Shown here: piece by piece, positions 50,902 through 59,103 of the stretch
Layout of the letters: each line of letters starts with the position of its first letter
How positions within the stretch are numbered: position 1 is the first letter of the stretch
Assembly: GCA_017536765.1 (NCBI GenBank)
Contig: JAFXGV010000048.1
Span: forward strand, 3,615-67,614
Reading direction: 5' to 3'
Origin: Bacteroidaceae bacterium
GTDB lineage: Bacteria > Bacteroidota > Bacteroidia > Bacteroidales > Bacteroidaceae
Length of the DNA stretch: 64,000 nt
Program-made: the position numbers and the translations under genes
Notes under the pieces: generated by a model
The model's input: only the letters and a program-made list of their open reading frames with translations
Told to the model about the DNA's origin: nothing
Database searches by the model: none

Positions 50902-51066
50902 CTATTCGTCTCCCCAAATATTTTCCCAAGAACCGCTATATTCATTAGCGTCCCATTTATCGGTTTTTCCTTTAGAAACGATAGAAATTATATCTCCCAG
51001 AATAACATTGTCGGGCAGATATTCTATTCTATCGCTAATAGGAGGTATATATTTTCTTTTTATCAT
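50902..51066 (-). CDS. possible small ORF (54 aa) downstream of the LRR gene
   Basis: Hand translation gives MIKRKYIPPISDRIEYLPDNVILGDIISIVSKGKTDKWDANEYSGSWENIWGDE. Its ATG is 17 nt after the LRR gene stop and it lies upstream of the hairpin at 50847-50876. It is below the ORF-track size cutoff. No family recognised. Confidence 0.3.
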   Translation of the reverse strand: MIKRKYIPPISDRIEYLPDNVILGDIISIVSKGKTDKWDANEYSGSWENIWGDE

Positions 51067-51083
51067 TATTATTTTCTTAGTTG

Positions 51084-52793
51084 TTATCTGTTTTTGTTGT
51101 GATAAATTTTCTCCCCTTTGTAAATGTATATTCCGCTTTTAATAGGGTAATCAAAAGCACGTCCGTGAATGTCGTAATATTTATCATCGCATTCCAATGT
51201 GGAGTTTATTTCGGGAATAGACGTAGTATTTGAATCTTGAAATTTACCAAACTTAAATTTCATTGACACATTGGCAACGGAGGGTGTTATTGAAAGGTAC
51301 CAGCGGTATGCACCAAGCATTACATCATCATCTGTCGCCTGCATAAGTGCCCCACCCGACATTGCATATATATCGGTAGCACCGTCCTCGACAGCAATGG
51401 CCCCCGCTGTGCGCTTTGTGTATTGGCCCACAAGGTTGTATCGGTTACCGTTGCTCGATGTAAGTACCATCGTTCTTGTTTCAGCAGGCTCAAGAATGCG
51501 TGCAGAATTACCGCTGTCAACACCCTTGAATAGGTCTATATCTCGTCCTACACCGGCGGCGTTTGCAGAGATAGTACGTACTACGCAAGGTGTGTGAGCC
51601 GGTATCTCATCACCCGGATCAAGAACTTCGGCTGTGAGATAAAACCAGGTAATATTGTTATCGGCATCTAAATACTCTGTCACACTTTTTATTTCGGCAA
51701 CCTCAAGCATATCGGTACGGTAATCGCCGTACTTAATGATGAATGGAGCATATAAAGCCTGCCAATTGTTGTTATAGAATGTACGCTCGTATGTAACGGC
51801 CGATGAATAATATATATCTATTATTGTATTTTTGCCATCCTGTGTGGTTGTTCTTCTTATCTCGCTACCCACCTCGTGTTCCTCGGTTCTTGTATAATTC
51901 TCGCTGTCGTACAAAAAGATTTTTTCGATGTGGGGAACATAGGAAGTTGTGCCTTCTTCATTCTCTTCGCCACCCCCGGTATCAGGCAGTTCAAATTCTG
52001 TAATATATGGTTCCAGGTCGCTCCAACGAGGCTTTGATACATATGTTGCTTTTGTTCCTGCCGGAACCTGTATTCTTATAGGTGTTCCATTTGCATTTAC
52101 AAGGCCCATATCATATAAACCGTGCGACGTGTTACCGCCGTTGACAGTGGGTGGTGTTCCCAAAAGTGTCAAAGACGATAACTTTGTATCGGTAAATGCA
52201 TATTGGTCTATGTCTGTTACCGTCGCCGGTATTACAACTGCCATAATATTACTGCAACCATCGAAGGCTGATGCACCGATTTGGGTGGTTCCCTCGAGAA
52301 TGGTCACGTTTGTCTTTGCACCGGGGACAGCAACCAATTTATATCCGCCCGAGCTCAATCGCTCATATACAACACCATCGTGGTCGAAATATTTTTCGTT
52401 TGCATCATCTACATATATATTCTGCAAATAGATGCAATCGGCAAATGCTGCATTTTCTATGTTTGTTAAAGATGCCGGTAAAGTCGCTGTGGTTATATAA
52501 GAATATTGAAATGTTCCAACTGGACTCCAATCCGATCCATAGCCCTGCTGCAACGATGTCTTACCTTCGGGTACAACAATATCTCCGCAATACTTGTTAC
52601 TGCCAATGCTATCCTTTGAACCGCCATTATGTGTAACGTTATTACGATAAAACCAACTTGTTACCAAATCATCTCCGGTTTGATAACCGGCAGCAATGAG
52701 TGCCTCTTCGTCATACCCCGTGATTTGCGCCAATGCAGGCAGTGCAACACCGGCCAATAGCAGTGTTGCAACAAATATTTGCAGCCTTTTCAT
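51084..52793 (-). CDS. BspA-type leucine-rich-repeat surface protein with a possible T9SS-like C-terminal tail
   Basis: Signal peptide. LRR_5-type repeats (LPASLTNIENAAFADCIYLQNIYV...ILEGTTQIGASAFDGCSNIMAVVIPATVTDIDQYAFTDT). The C-terminal YDIHGRAFDYPIKSGIYIYKGEKIY resembles the last strands of T9SS sorting domains. Confidence 0.82.
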   Translation of the reverse strand: MKRLQIFVATLLLAGVALPALAQITGYDEEALIAAGYQTGDDLVTSWFYRNNVTHNGGSKDSIGSNKYCGDIVVPEGKTSLQQGYGSDWSPVGTFQYSYITTATLPASLTNIENAAFADCIYLQNIYVDDANEKYFDHDGVVYERLSSGGYKLVAVPGAKTNVTILEGTTQIGASAFDGCSNIMAVVIPATVTDIDQYAFTDTKLSSLTLLGTPPTVNGGNTSHGLYDMGLVNANGTPIRIQVPAGTKATYVSKPRWSDLEPYITEFELPDTGGGEENEEGTTSYVPHIEKIFLYDSENYTRTEEHEVGSEIRRTTTQDGKNTIIDIYYSSAVTYERTFYNNNWQALYAPFIIKYGDYRTDMLEVAEIKSVTEYLDADNNITWFYLTAEVLDPGDEIPAHTPCVVRTISANAAGVGRDIDLFKGVDSGNSARILEPAETRTMVLTSSNGNRYNLVGQYTKRTAGAIAVEDGATDIYAMSGGALMQATDDDVMLGAYRWYLSITPSVANVSMKFKFGKFQDSNTTSIPEINSTLECDDKYYDIHGRAFDYPIKSGIYIYKGEKIYHNKNR

Positions 52794-52837
52794 AGTTGTT
52801 TATAGCTTTAAAATGTAATTTTTTCCAAATAGAGCCG

Positions 52838-52845
52838 CAAAACTA
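52838..52845 (-). promoter_or_regulatory. -7 box candidate (TAgtTTTG)
   Basis: The complement of caaaacta lies about 45 nt upstream of the ATG at 52793. Confidence 0.3.
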
Positions 52846-52970
52846 CTAATAAAAACCCGCAATCACCCCCCGATTGTTAAATATTGTTAATATATGTGTT
52901 ACGATATCAGTTATATTAAAAGTATATCAAATAGCATATAATAGAGGTTGATAATTAATGAAAAACAAAA

Positions 52971-53000
52971 AAAATAGTGCGAGCAAACTCGCACTATTTT
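52971..53000 (-). terminator. rho-independent terminator of galE
   Basis: aaaatagtgcgag caaa ctcgcactatttt forms a 13-bp stem. On the minus strand it is followed by TTTTTTTGTTTTT. Confidence 0.7.
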
Positions 53001-53026
53001 AATAAGATATGTAATATATACACAAA

Positions 53027-54043
53027 TTACTCCTCAAAACCGTTGGGGTTGTTCTTCTGCCAGTTCCAGCTGTCGCGGCACATATCCTCAATGCCGAATT
53101 GAGCCTTCCAACCAAGCTCGGCCTCGGCCTTTGCGGGGTTGCAATAGCAGGTGGCGATATCGCCCGGGCGACGGGGTTTGATAGCATAGGGAACGGGAAC
53201 GCCGTTGGCCTTCTCGAACGCCTTTACAACATCAAGCACTGAATAACCGTGGCCTGTACCAATGTTGTAGATGGCAATACCCTTGTTGGCAACAATGGCC
53301 TTGAGTGCTGCTACGTGAGCACGGGCAAGATCTACTACGTGAATGTAGTCGCGCACACCTGTACCATCGTGTGTGTCATAGTCGTTACCAAACACGCCAA
53401 GCTCGGCACGCTTGCCCACTGCGGTTTGTGTAATGTAGGGCATAAGGTTGTTGGGAATACCATTGGGGTTCTCGCCTATTGTACCGCTCTTGTGTGCACC
53501 AATGGGGTTGAAATAGCGGAGCAATACTATGTTCCACTCGTTATCGGCCTTCTGAATATCCATAAGAACCTCTTCGAGCATAGACTTTGTCTGGCCATAG
53601 GGGTTGGTGCAGTGACCTTTGGGGCACTCCTCGGTAATGGGGATAATGGCGGGGTCGCCATAAACGGTGGCACTTGAAGAGAAAATCATATTCTTGCAAC
53701 CGTTCTTGCGCATAACATCTACAAGCACGAATGTACCGTTCATATTGTTCTCATAGTACTCAAGAGGCTTTGCACAGCTCTCGCCCACTGCCTTAAGACC
53801 GGCAAAGTGAATACAGGCATCGAACTTGTGCTCGTCAAACACCTTCTGCAAGCCCTCGCGGTCGCGGATATCTACCTTGTAGAAGGGTACCTCTTTACCA
53901 ATGATTTTGGCAACGCGCTTCAATGAGATGGGAGACGAGTTGTCGAGATTGTCAACTACTACAGCCTCGTGACCGGCTTCTGTGAGTTCAATCAAGGTGT
54001 GGCTTCCAATGAAACCGGCACCACCAGTTAATAGGATTTTCAT
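53027..54043 (-). CDS. galE: UDP-glucose 4-epimerase
   Basis: MKILLTGGAGFIGSH (Rossmann motif), YGQTK (YxxxK) and full-length GalE similarity. 338 aa. Confidence 0.95.
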   Translation of the reverse strand: MKILLTGGAGFIGSHTLIELTEAGHEAVVVDNLDNSSPISLKRVAKIIGKEVPFYKVDIRDREGLQKVFDEHKFDACIHFAGLKAVGESCAKPLEYYENNMNGTFVLVDVMRKNGCKNMIFSSSATVYGDPAIIPITEECPKGHCTNPYGQTKSMLEEVLMDIQKADNEWNIVLLRYFNPIGAHKSGTIGENPNGIPNNLMPYITQTAVGKRAELGVFGNDYDTHDGTGVRDYIHVVDLARAHVAALKAIVANKGIAIYNIGTGHGYSVLDVVKAFEKANGVPVPYAIKPRRPGDIATCYCNPAKAEAELGWKAQFGIEDMCRDSWNWQKNNPNGFEE

Positions 54044-54147
54044 TTTATTTGTATTTTGTTTGGTGAACTCGGGTTGTAACCGGGTTCTTGGTTAGTAAAT
54101 AATTTCAAGCAGCCACCTATGTTAAAATAGGTATATTCCGTAGGTCA

Positions 54148-54155
54148 CAAAGTTA
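54148..54155 (-). promoter_or_regulatory. -7 box candidate (TAacTTTG) for galE
   Basis: The complement of caaagtta lies about 105 nt upstream of the galE ATG. Confidence 0.25.
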
Positions 54156-54232
54156 AATATTCTTTTCAAGAATACAAATTCTTTCCATTCTTTTTGCCAC
54201 AGTAATGGATATTTTACACCTTGTGCACCGCA

Positions 54233-54895
54233 CTATTGCTCGTTTTTATCTATTTTCAGATGTTTTATGCGGGAAATTATGGCACCGCGTTTGCGTTGGA
54301 AATGGTCGGCAATGTCGTCATACGACAACTGCTCGGCTACAAAATCGCGCAATGCGGCATCCTCGGCCTCTTCCCAGGGTTTGAAGGCGTTGGGACATTC
54401 TGCCCGTGCAGCCTCTTGCGAATATACCTGTTCGCCATTCAAGCGCTTGTATGCCTTAAGATAGCGTTTGAGGCGTTTTACGTCTTTGTCCGAAAGGTAT
54501 GGCAGGCGACGTATGTCCATATTGTCGGTGAGGTCGTTCAGTTTCACGGCCGTTGCCAACGGGTTCTTTTTTACACGCGCAATGAATTTGTCGTATGGTT
54601 CACCCTCTTTCTTTGTTATGTGACGAAGGGCCGCAATAATGTGCGGCGGGAATCCTTCGGCAGCAAGCATCTCAAAGGTCAAGTCGGTGTCCTCCACCAC
54701 GTCGTGCAGAACAGCCACTATCTTTTCGTCTATCGTTTGACAGGCAGCCATCACACGCATAGGGTGCTCGATATATGCCGCACCCGCTTTGTCCACCTGC
54801 CCCCGGTGTGCTTGCGTTGCAATGTCGATGGCCTTTTGCAACAGTGTATTGTCGTTTGCGTCCGTCAGCATAGCGGCATATTTACTTTTTGACAC
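54233..54895 (-). CDS. HD-domain (RelA/SpoT-type hydrolase-like) protein with a C-terminal HTH-like tail
   Basis: AHRGQVDKAGAAYIEHPMRV...VAVLHDVVEDT...NDLTDN is the HD hydrolase pattern. The last 60 aa or so (PWEEAEDAALRDFVAEQLSYDDIADHFQRKRGAIISRIKHL) look like a GcrA-N/Myb-like HTH. The track start at 54895 is a GTG; the ATG at 54871 (MLTDAND) is an alternative. Confidence 0.82.
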   Translation of the reverse strand: MSKSKYAAMLTDANDNTLLQKAIDIATQAHRGQVDKAGAAYIEHPMRVMAACQTIDEKIVAVLHDVVEDTDLTFEMLAAEGFPPHIIAALRHITKKEGEPYDKFIARVKKNPLATAVKLNDLTDNMDIRRLPYLSDKDVKRLKRYLKAYKRLNGEQVYSQEAARAECPNAFKPWEEAEDAALRDFVAEQLSYDDIADHFQRKRGAIISRIKHLKIDKNEQ

Positions 54896-55440
54896 ACATA
54901 GCCCAAACGCAGCAACTCCATACTTGCACCCAAACGGAACATAATGGTGAGCACGCGCGAATAGGCGTAGAATGCCGCACGGCTTTGCGGCTCTATCTTT
55001 TCGCGGCGCATAAGCGTGAGTGCCTGCTGCGCAAGGCGGCGCATCATAGCCTCAATGTCGGCTGCTTCGGGCGAATCGAGCGGCAGGCGAAGAATATGTT
55101 CCACCACATTCTCGTCGAGGTCGTCAAACCCTTGCTTGCCGTAGAATTCCTTATATGTGCGGCCTTTCAAGAGTTCCCAATCGTCGTCCCAGTCGTGTGC
55201 CACAGCCATACCCAAATAGCCGGCCCACGCAATGGACACCATAGGGTAATCGCTTATGAGCGGCACGGCATCCACCATATATTCTGGAGCAAGGTCGGGC
55301 CACCGCTTTTCCACGTCCTGTGACGATGGCAACACTCCATCGACCTTCACATACGACTTAAAAAGTTTTACAAGCTCTGCGTTTACTTTGTTTTCAAAGT
55401 GAGCAAGATAATCCGATACTTCTTTAGGAAGAGAACTCAT
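54865..55440 (-). CDS. hypothetical protein (191 aa)
   Basis: Clean ORF whose 3' end overlaps the downstream HD gene (7 or 31 nt depending on start choice). Acidic, W/D-rich centre (HDWDDDWELL). No family recognised. Confidence 0.65.
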   Translation of the reverse strand: MSSLPKEVSDYLAHFENKVNAELVKLFKSYVKVDGVLPSSQDVEKRWPDLAPEYMVDAVPLISDYPMVSIAWAGYLGMAVAHDWDDDWELLKGRTYKEFYGKQGFDDLDENVVEHILRLPLDSPEAADIEAMMRRLAQQALTLMRREKIEPQSRAAFYAYSRVLTIMFRLGASMELLRLGYVCQKVNMPLC

Positions 55441-55449
55441 TATTTTTTA

Positions 55450-55605
55450 TTATTTTACTTTGTTCAAAATCACAAGAGCGGCTATCACACCGGGAATCCA
55501 ACCACAAAGAGTGAGAAGGAATACAATGAGGACTGAACCGCAACCCTGGTCGGCAACTGCCAAAGGAGGGAAGATAATTGCTAAAAGAACTCTTAAAAGT
55601 GACAT
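55450..55605 (-). CDS. YqaE/Pmp3 (UPF0057) small membrane proteolipid
   Basis: Hand translation gives MSLLRVLLAIIFPPLAVADQGCGSVLIVFLLTLCGWIPGVIAALVILNKVK (51 aa), which matches the Pmp3 pattern (PPLAV...LLT..G.IPG.I.A). It is below the ORF-track cutoff. Confidence 0.7.
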   Translation of the reverse strand: MSLLRVLLAIIFPPLAVADQGCGSVLIVFLLTLCGWIPGVIAALVILNKVK

Positions 55606-55691
55606 AATGTTTTATTTTTTTAGTTGTGCATAAATAATGCGAATTGATTTTGTGTAAAGGTAATAATTATATGGCAATAATACAAAATATA

Positions 55692-56603
55692 TTACCGTTG
55701 CTTTGCCGCACGGCTGTAATTTACAAGCACAACACCCGCAAACACGGTAGCTGCGGCAAGCACCTTTTTCCACCCTAACGTGTCCATTCCTATGTATATG
55801 CTAATGGCTGTGGCCACAATGGGTTGCATATATGAATACATACTCACCAACGTGGGGCGCAGTTGCTTCTGCCCTATGGGGATGAGGAAATAGGAGATGA
55901 ACGTCGCAAAAACTATGGCATAAAATATCTCTGCCACAAATTTAAGCGACAATGCGGAATAATTGACCTGAGCAAGTTCAGCGCCTGCAAACGGCAGCGA
56001 AAGGATTGAGGAAAAGAGGAATATCCACTTCATAAATGTAACCACCGAATAGCGCATAATGAGTGGTTTGAACACTCCTAAATAGACCGAGAAACAGAAG
56101 CCGTTGAGGAAGATAAACAGCACACCTATGGGTTTTGTTTCAGCAGCGCCACCACCCGACGACACACTGTTGAATATAAGGAACAGCACCCCTAAGAAAC
56201 TGAGCAGCACACCACCCACCTTTTTGAATGTAATGGGCTCCTTCAACACCATTGCTGCAATGAACATAGTGTAAATGGGCGACAATGAGGTCATTATGGA
56301 GCAATCCATTGGGGTGATGTCGGATATACCTATGAGGAATGTTATTTGTGTGAGGAAAAAGCCGGTGAACGATGCTGCAAAAATCTTCATATAGTCGGCC
56401 GGCAGAATCTTCTCGGCAGGCAACGTTAGCGATGTTATCCAAAACAGGAGGCCGGCACCAAGCGAACGCAGGCAAAAAAGAGCCAGCGGCGATATCACAC
56501 CCACCGCCATAATATCTTTTGTCACAATGATATTGAGCCCGAAAATAACATAGGCCACAAAACAGGCTATGTGCCCCATCATTGTTGTATCACTGTTCTT
56601 CAT
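55692..56603 (-). CDS. DMT superfamily (EamA) transporter
   Basis: 303 aa and about ten hydrophobic helices in two similar halves, typical of EamA. Confidence 0.85.
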   Translation of the reverse strand: MKNSDTTMMGHIACFVAYVIFGLNIIVTKDIMAVGVISPLALFCLRSLGAGLLFWITSLTLPAEKILPADYMKIFAASFTGFFLTQITFLIGISDITPMDCSIMTSLSPIYTMFIAAMVLKEPITFKKVGGVLLSFLGVLFLIFNSVSSGGGAAETKPIGVLFIFLNGFCFSVYLGVFKPLIMRYSVVTFMKWIFLFSSILSLPFAGAELAQVNYSALSLKFVAEIFYAIVFATFISYFLIPIGQKQLRPTLVSMYSYMQPIVATAISIYIGMDTLGWKKVLAAATVFAGVVLVNYSRAAKQR

Positions 56604-56701
56604 ATAGCTTCACAAATTTTTCAATGCGCAAAAATACAAAAAAAACTGCGCCACAAAGCCGGTTGCGTGGTTTCTTTTGAAATGATTTCTGCATTCGATA
56701 A

Positions 56702-56739
56702 ACATAAGCGGGTGTACCTTTTGGCACACCCGCTTATGT
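56702..56739 (-). terminator. hairpin downstream of htrA
   Basis: acataagcgggtgt (10-nt loop) acacccgcttatgt forms a 14-bp stem, 17 nt after the stop at 56756. The U-tract is weak. Confidence 0.45.
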
Positions 56740-56755
56740 TTATCTGTAAAAAGGT

Positions 56756-58237
56756 CTATTGCAATGGAACCGAATAGAACACGCGCTTGCCTGCAGCGTT
56801 CATTCCCGAAATAAAGAGTACCGGTTCGGTAGAGCTGTTGGCCTGCTTCACAACCTTTTGCAGGTCGTCGATGGAGCGCATTGCAACGCCGTTTACCTTT
56901 TGCAGCACCACGCCTTTCTTCACTCCGTGCTGTGCAAAAAGCCCATCACCCACGTTTGTTACTTTAAGACCGTATGTGGTTTTGAAGAACTGTTTGTCCT
57001 TCTCGTCGAGGGGCTTGAACTCGGCGCCGAGAATGTCGAGGTCAACATTTTTCACCACGTTGGTATCACCTTGTATGTTCACAAGCAACACATCGAATGT
57101 TTTCTCTTTTTTGCCACGGAGTACCTTTACCTCTACCTCGGTACCCGGCACGGTTTTGGCAAGTGTCTCCTGCAGCTCGGCCATAGTCTTTATGGGCTTG
57201 CCATTGAAACCAATGATTACATCGCCCTTCTCTATGCCGGCCTTCTTGGCAGCGCCATCCTCAACCACATCGGACACATAAACACCATCCACGGTGCCAA
57301 GTTCCTCCTTCTCGGCAAGTTCGCTTGTTACTGTGCCGCCTACAATACCCAACACAGCACGCTGCACGGTTCCGAACTCCTTGAGGTCGCTCACCACCTT
57401 TGTCATAATGGAGGTGGGAATGGCAAAGCCATAGCCTGCATACGAGCCTGTGGGCGACGAAAGTACGGCGTTAATGCCCACCAACTCGCCATTGGCATTT
57501 ACAAGAGCACCGCCGCTGTTGCCCTGGTTAATGGCAGCATCGGTTTGTATAAAGGATTCAATACCACCGTTATATACACCCAACGAACGAGCCTTGGCAC
57601 TCACGATACCCGCAGTGACTGTCGATGTGAGATTGAAGGGGTTGCCCACGGCAAGCACCCACTCGCCCACTTTGAGATTGTCGCTGTCGCCCACCACAAG
57701 AAACGGAAGTTTGTCGTCGGCCTCTATTTTCACAAGCGCAAGGTCGGTGTTCTCGTCGGCACCTACAAGGCGGGCCGGGTATGTGCGGTTATCGTTCAGT
57801 GTTACGGTTATCTCATCGGCGCCATCAATAACGTGGTTGTTTGTGACAATGTAACCATCATCGCTTAAAATAACTCCCGAACCGAAGCCCACGCGCGGCT
57901 GTGTCTGCACACGTTGCTGGCGCCCCATTCCATCGCCAAAGAAGAAATCATAAATATCGGGGGCGCGGCGTATAACTGCGGTTTTGCTCTTTTCGGTAGA
58001 TTTTATGTGTACCACAGCGTGCACCGACTTGTCGGCAGCATCGGTCAAATCTACACGTTGCAGACCGTCGGGTGCTGCTAATGATGCTTGTGTGAGGAAC
58101 GATGCGGGTGTCGTGTCGTTCGCAGCAAGCGTTTCGCTGTTGTTTGCAAAAATCTTATAGGTGGTATATCCTGCCACCACTCCACTTGTTGCAACAACAA
58201 GTGTTCCTAAAAACAAAAACTTGAATACTCTTTTCAT
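56756..58237 (-). CDS. htrA: Do/DegQ/HtrA family serine endoprotease with two PDZ domains
   Basis: Catalytic triad context: TNNHVIDGA, NTDLALVK and GNSGGALVN. Two PDZ-like regions. Start taken at MKRVFKFLFLG (58237). Confidence 0.93.
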   Translation of the reverse strand: MKRVFKFLFLGTLVVATSGVVAGYTTYKIFANNSETLAANDTTPASFLTQASLAAPDGLQRVDLTDAADKSVHAVVHIKSTEKSKTAVIRRAPDIYDFFFGDGMGRQQRVQTQPRVGFGSGVILSDDGYIVTNNHVIDGADEITVTLNDNRTYPARLVGADENTDLALVKIEADDKLPFLVVGDSDNLKVGEWVLAVGNPFNLTSTVTAGIVSAKARSLGVYNGGIESFIQTDAAINQGNSGGALVNANGELVGINAVLSSPTGSYAGYGFAIPTSIMTKVVSDLKEFGTVQRAVLGIVGGTVTSELAEKEELGTVDGVYVSDVVEDGAAKKAGIEKGDVIIGFNGKPIKTMAELQETLAKTVPGTEVEVKVLRGKKEKTFDVLLVNIQGDTNVVKNVDLDILGAEFKPLDEKDKQFFKTTYGLKVTNVGDGLFAQHGVKKGVVLQKVNGVAMRSIDDLQKVVKQANSSTEPVLFISGMNAAGKRVFYSVPLQ

Positions 58238-58636
58238 AATCTCATATACTATTTTTGTTAAATACTCACCATTTATTAACAAGCAGAAACAGAATTGCAA
58301 AATAGTTCTTATTGCAACAATCTTGCCCTTGTCGCAGGCAAATATATCAAATAAAATCCTTGAAAAAAGAATTTCCGCCCATCTTTTGGTTCTATTTAAC
58401 AGTGCAGCGCGGGTTTTAACAATAGTTTAATGTAGAAGGTGTTTATTTTACTTTTGTTAAACCTGTGAAATAAATTCACATTATCAATAGTTCTTTTTTT
58501 ATTTCAAATTTATTATTGCACGCAAAAATTTCCTCAATGGCATAAAAATCTGTATCTTTGGAATAAATCCCGAATATAGGAGGCACCTCGGCAAAAAAAA
58601 TCAAACAAGTTTGTTTTTTCTGCGCTCGGTTTTCAC

Positions 58637-58644
58637 TATATTTG
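58637..58644 (+). promoter_or_regulatory. -7 box candidate (TAtaTTTG) for rnpB
   Basis: tatatttg lies about 30 nt upstream of the predicted P1 stem of RNase P RNA. Confidence 0.35.
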
Positions 58645-58669
58645 CAGCGCGAAAATAGATGAAACAAAT

Positions 58670-59020
58670 CATACAGTCGGCCGGCTTGTCGCTGTTGCCG
58701 CAAGGCAAGAGAGGAAAGTCCGGGCAGCGCAGAGCACTCCACTTCCTAACAGAAAGCTGCCTGTGAAGGCGGAGTAACGCAGAAGAAAATAACCGCCCGC
58801 AAGGGTAAGGGTGAGAAGGTGGGGTAAGAGCCCACCGGCCGTGCAGCGATGTACGGGCCGTGTGTCTTGGAGGCTGCAAGTTCATGTAAACCGGTGTTTG
58901 AGGGTTGCTCGCCCGAGCCGGAGGGTAGAACGCTTTAACATTGTGGTGACACAATGTATAGATGAATGACAGGCACCCCCACAAGGGGTACAGAACCCGG
59001 CTTATAGGCCGACTGCAATT
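58670..59020 (+). ncRNA. rnpB: RNase P RNA (bacterial type A)
   Basis: Contains GAGGAAAGTCCGGGC (P4 5' strand), GGTAAGGGTGAGAAGGTGGGGTAAGAGCCCACC, TAGATGAATGAC and ACAGAACCCGGCTTA (P4 3' strand). P1 pairing is cagtcggcc (58674-) with ggccgactg (-59015). Ends are approximate to within +/-5 nt. Confidence 0.93.
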
Positions 59021-59052
59021 AAAAAGAGTATCATGGGCATGATACTCTTTTT
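59021..59052. terminator. bidirectional terminator
   Basis: aaaaagagtatcat gggc atgatactcttttt forms a 14-bp stem flanked by A and T runs. It lies between rnpB (+) and the convergent gene ending at 59104. Confidence 0.65.
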
Positions 59053-59103
59053 AATTGTGACTCCATAACCGGCGTTGCAGCGCAGTTGCCATACATCCAT
59101 TGC

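Noticed and set aside
50863-51102. 79-aa plus-strand ORF
   Set aside because: It spans a terminator hairpin and runs antisense to the LRR gene end and to the better-supported 54-codon minus-strand ORF. Its composition is odd.
54221-54892. 223-aa plus-strand ORF
   Set aside because: It is the mirror of the minus-strand HD-domain gene, which carries the H...HD...D motif. The plus frame has none.
56759-57868. 369-aa plus-strand ORF
   Set aside because: It is antisense to htrA, in which the catalytic triad and PDZ domains are evident.
58476-58984. ORFs 58476-58742 and 58601-58984 (minus strand)
   Set aside because: They overlap the RNase P RNA gene, whose conserved P4 and other universal segments are present on the plus strand.
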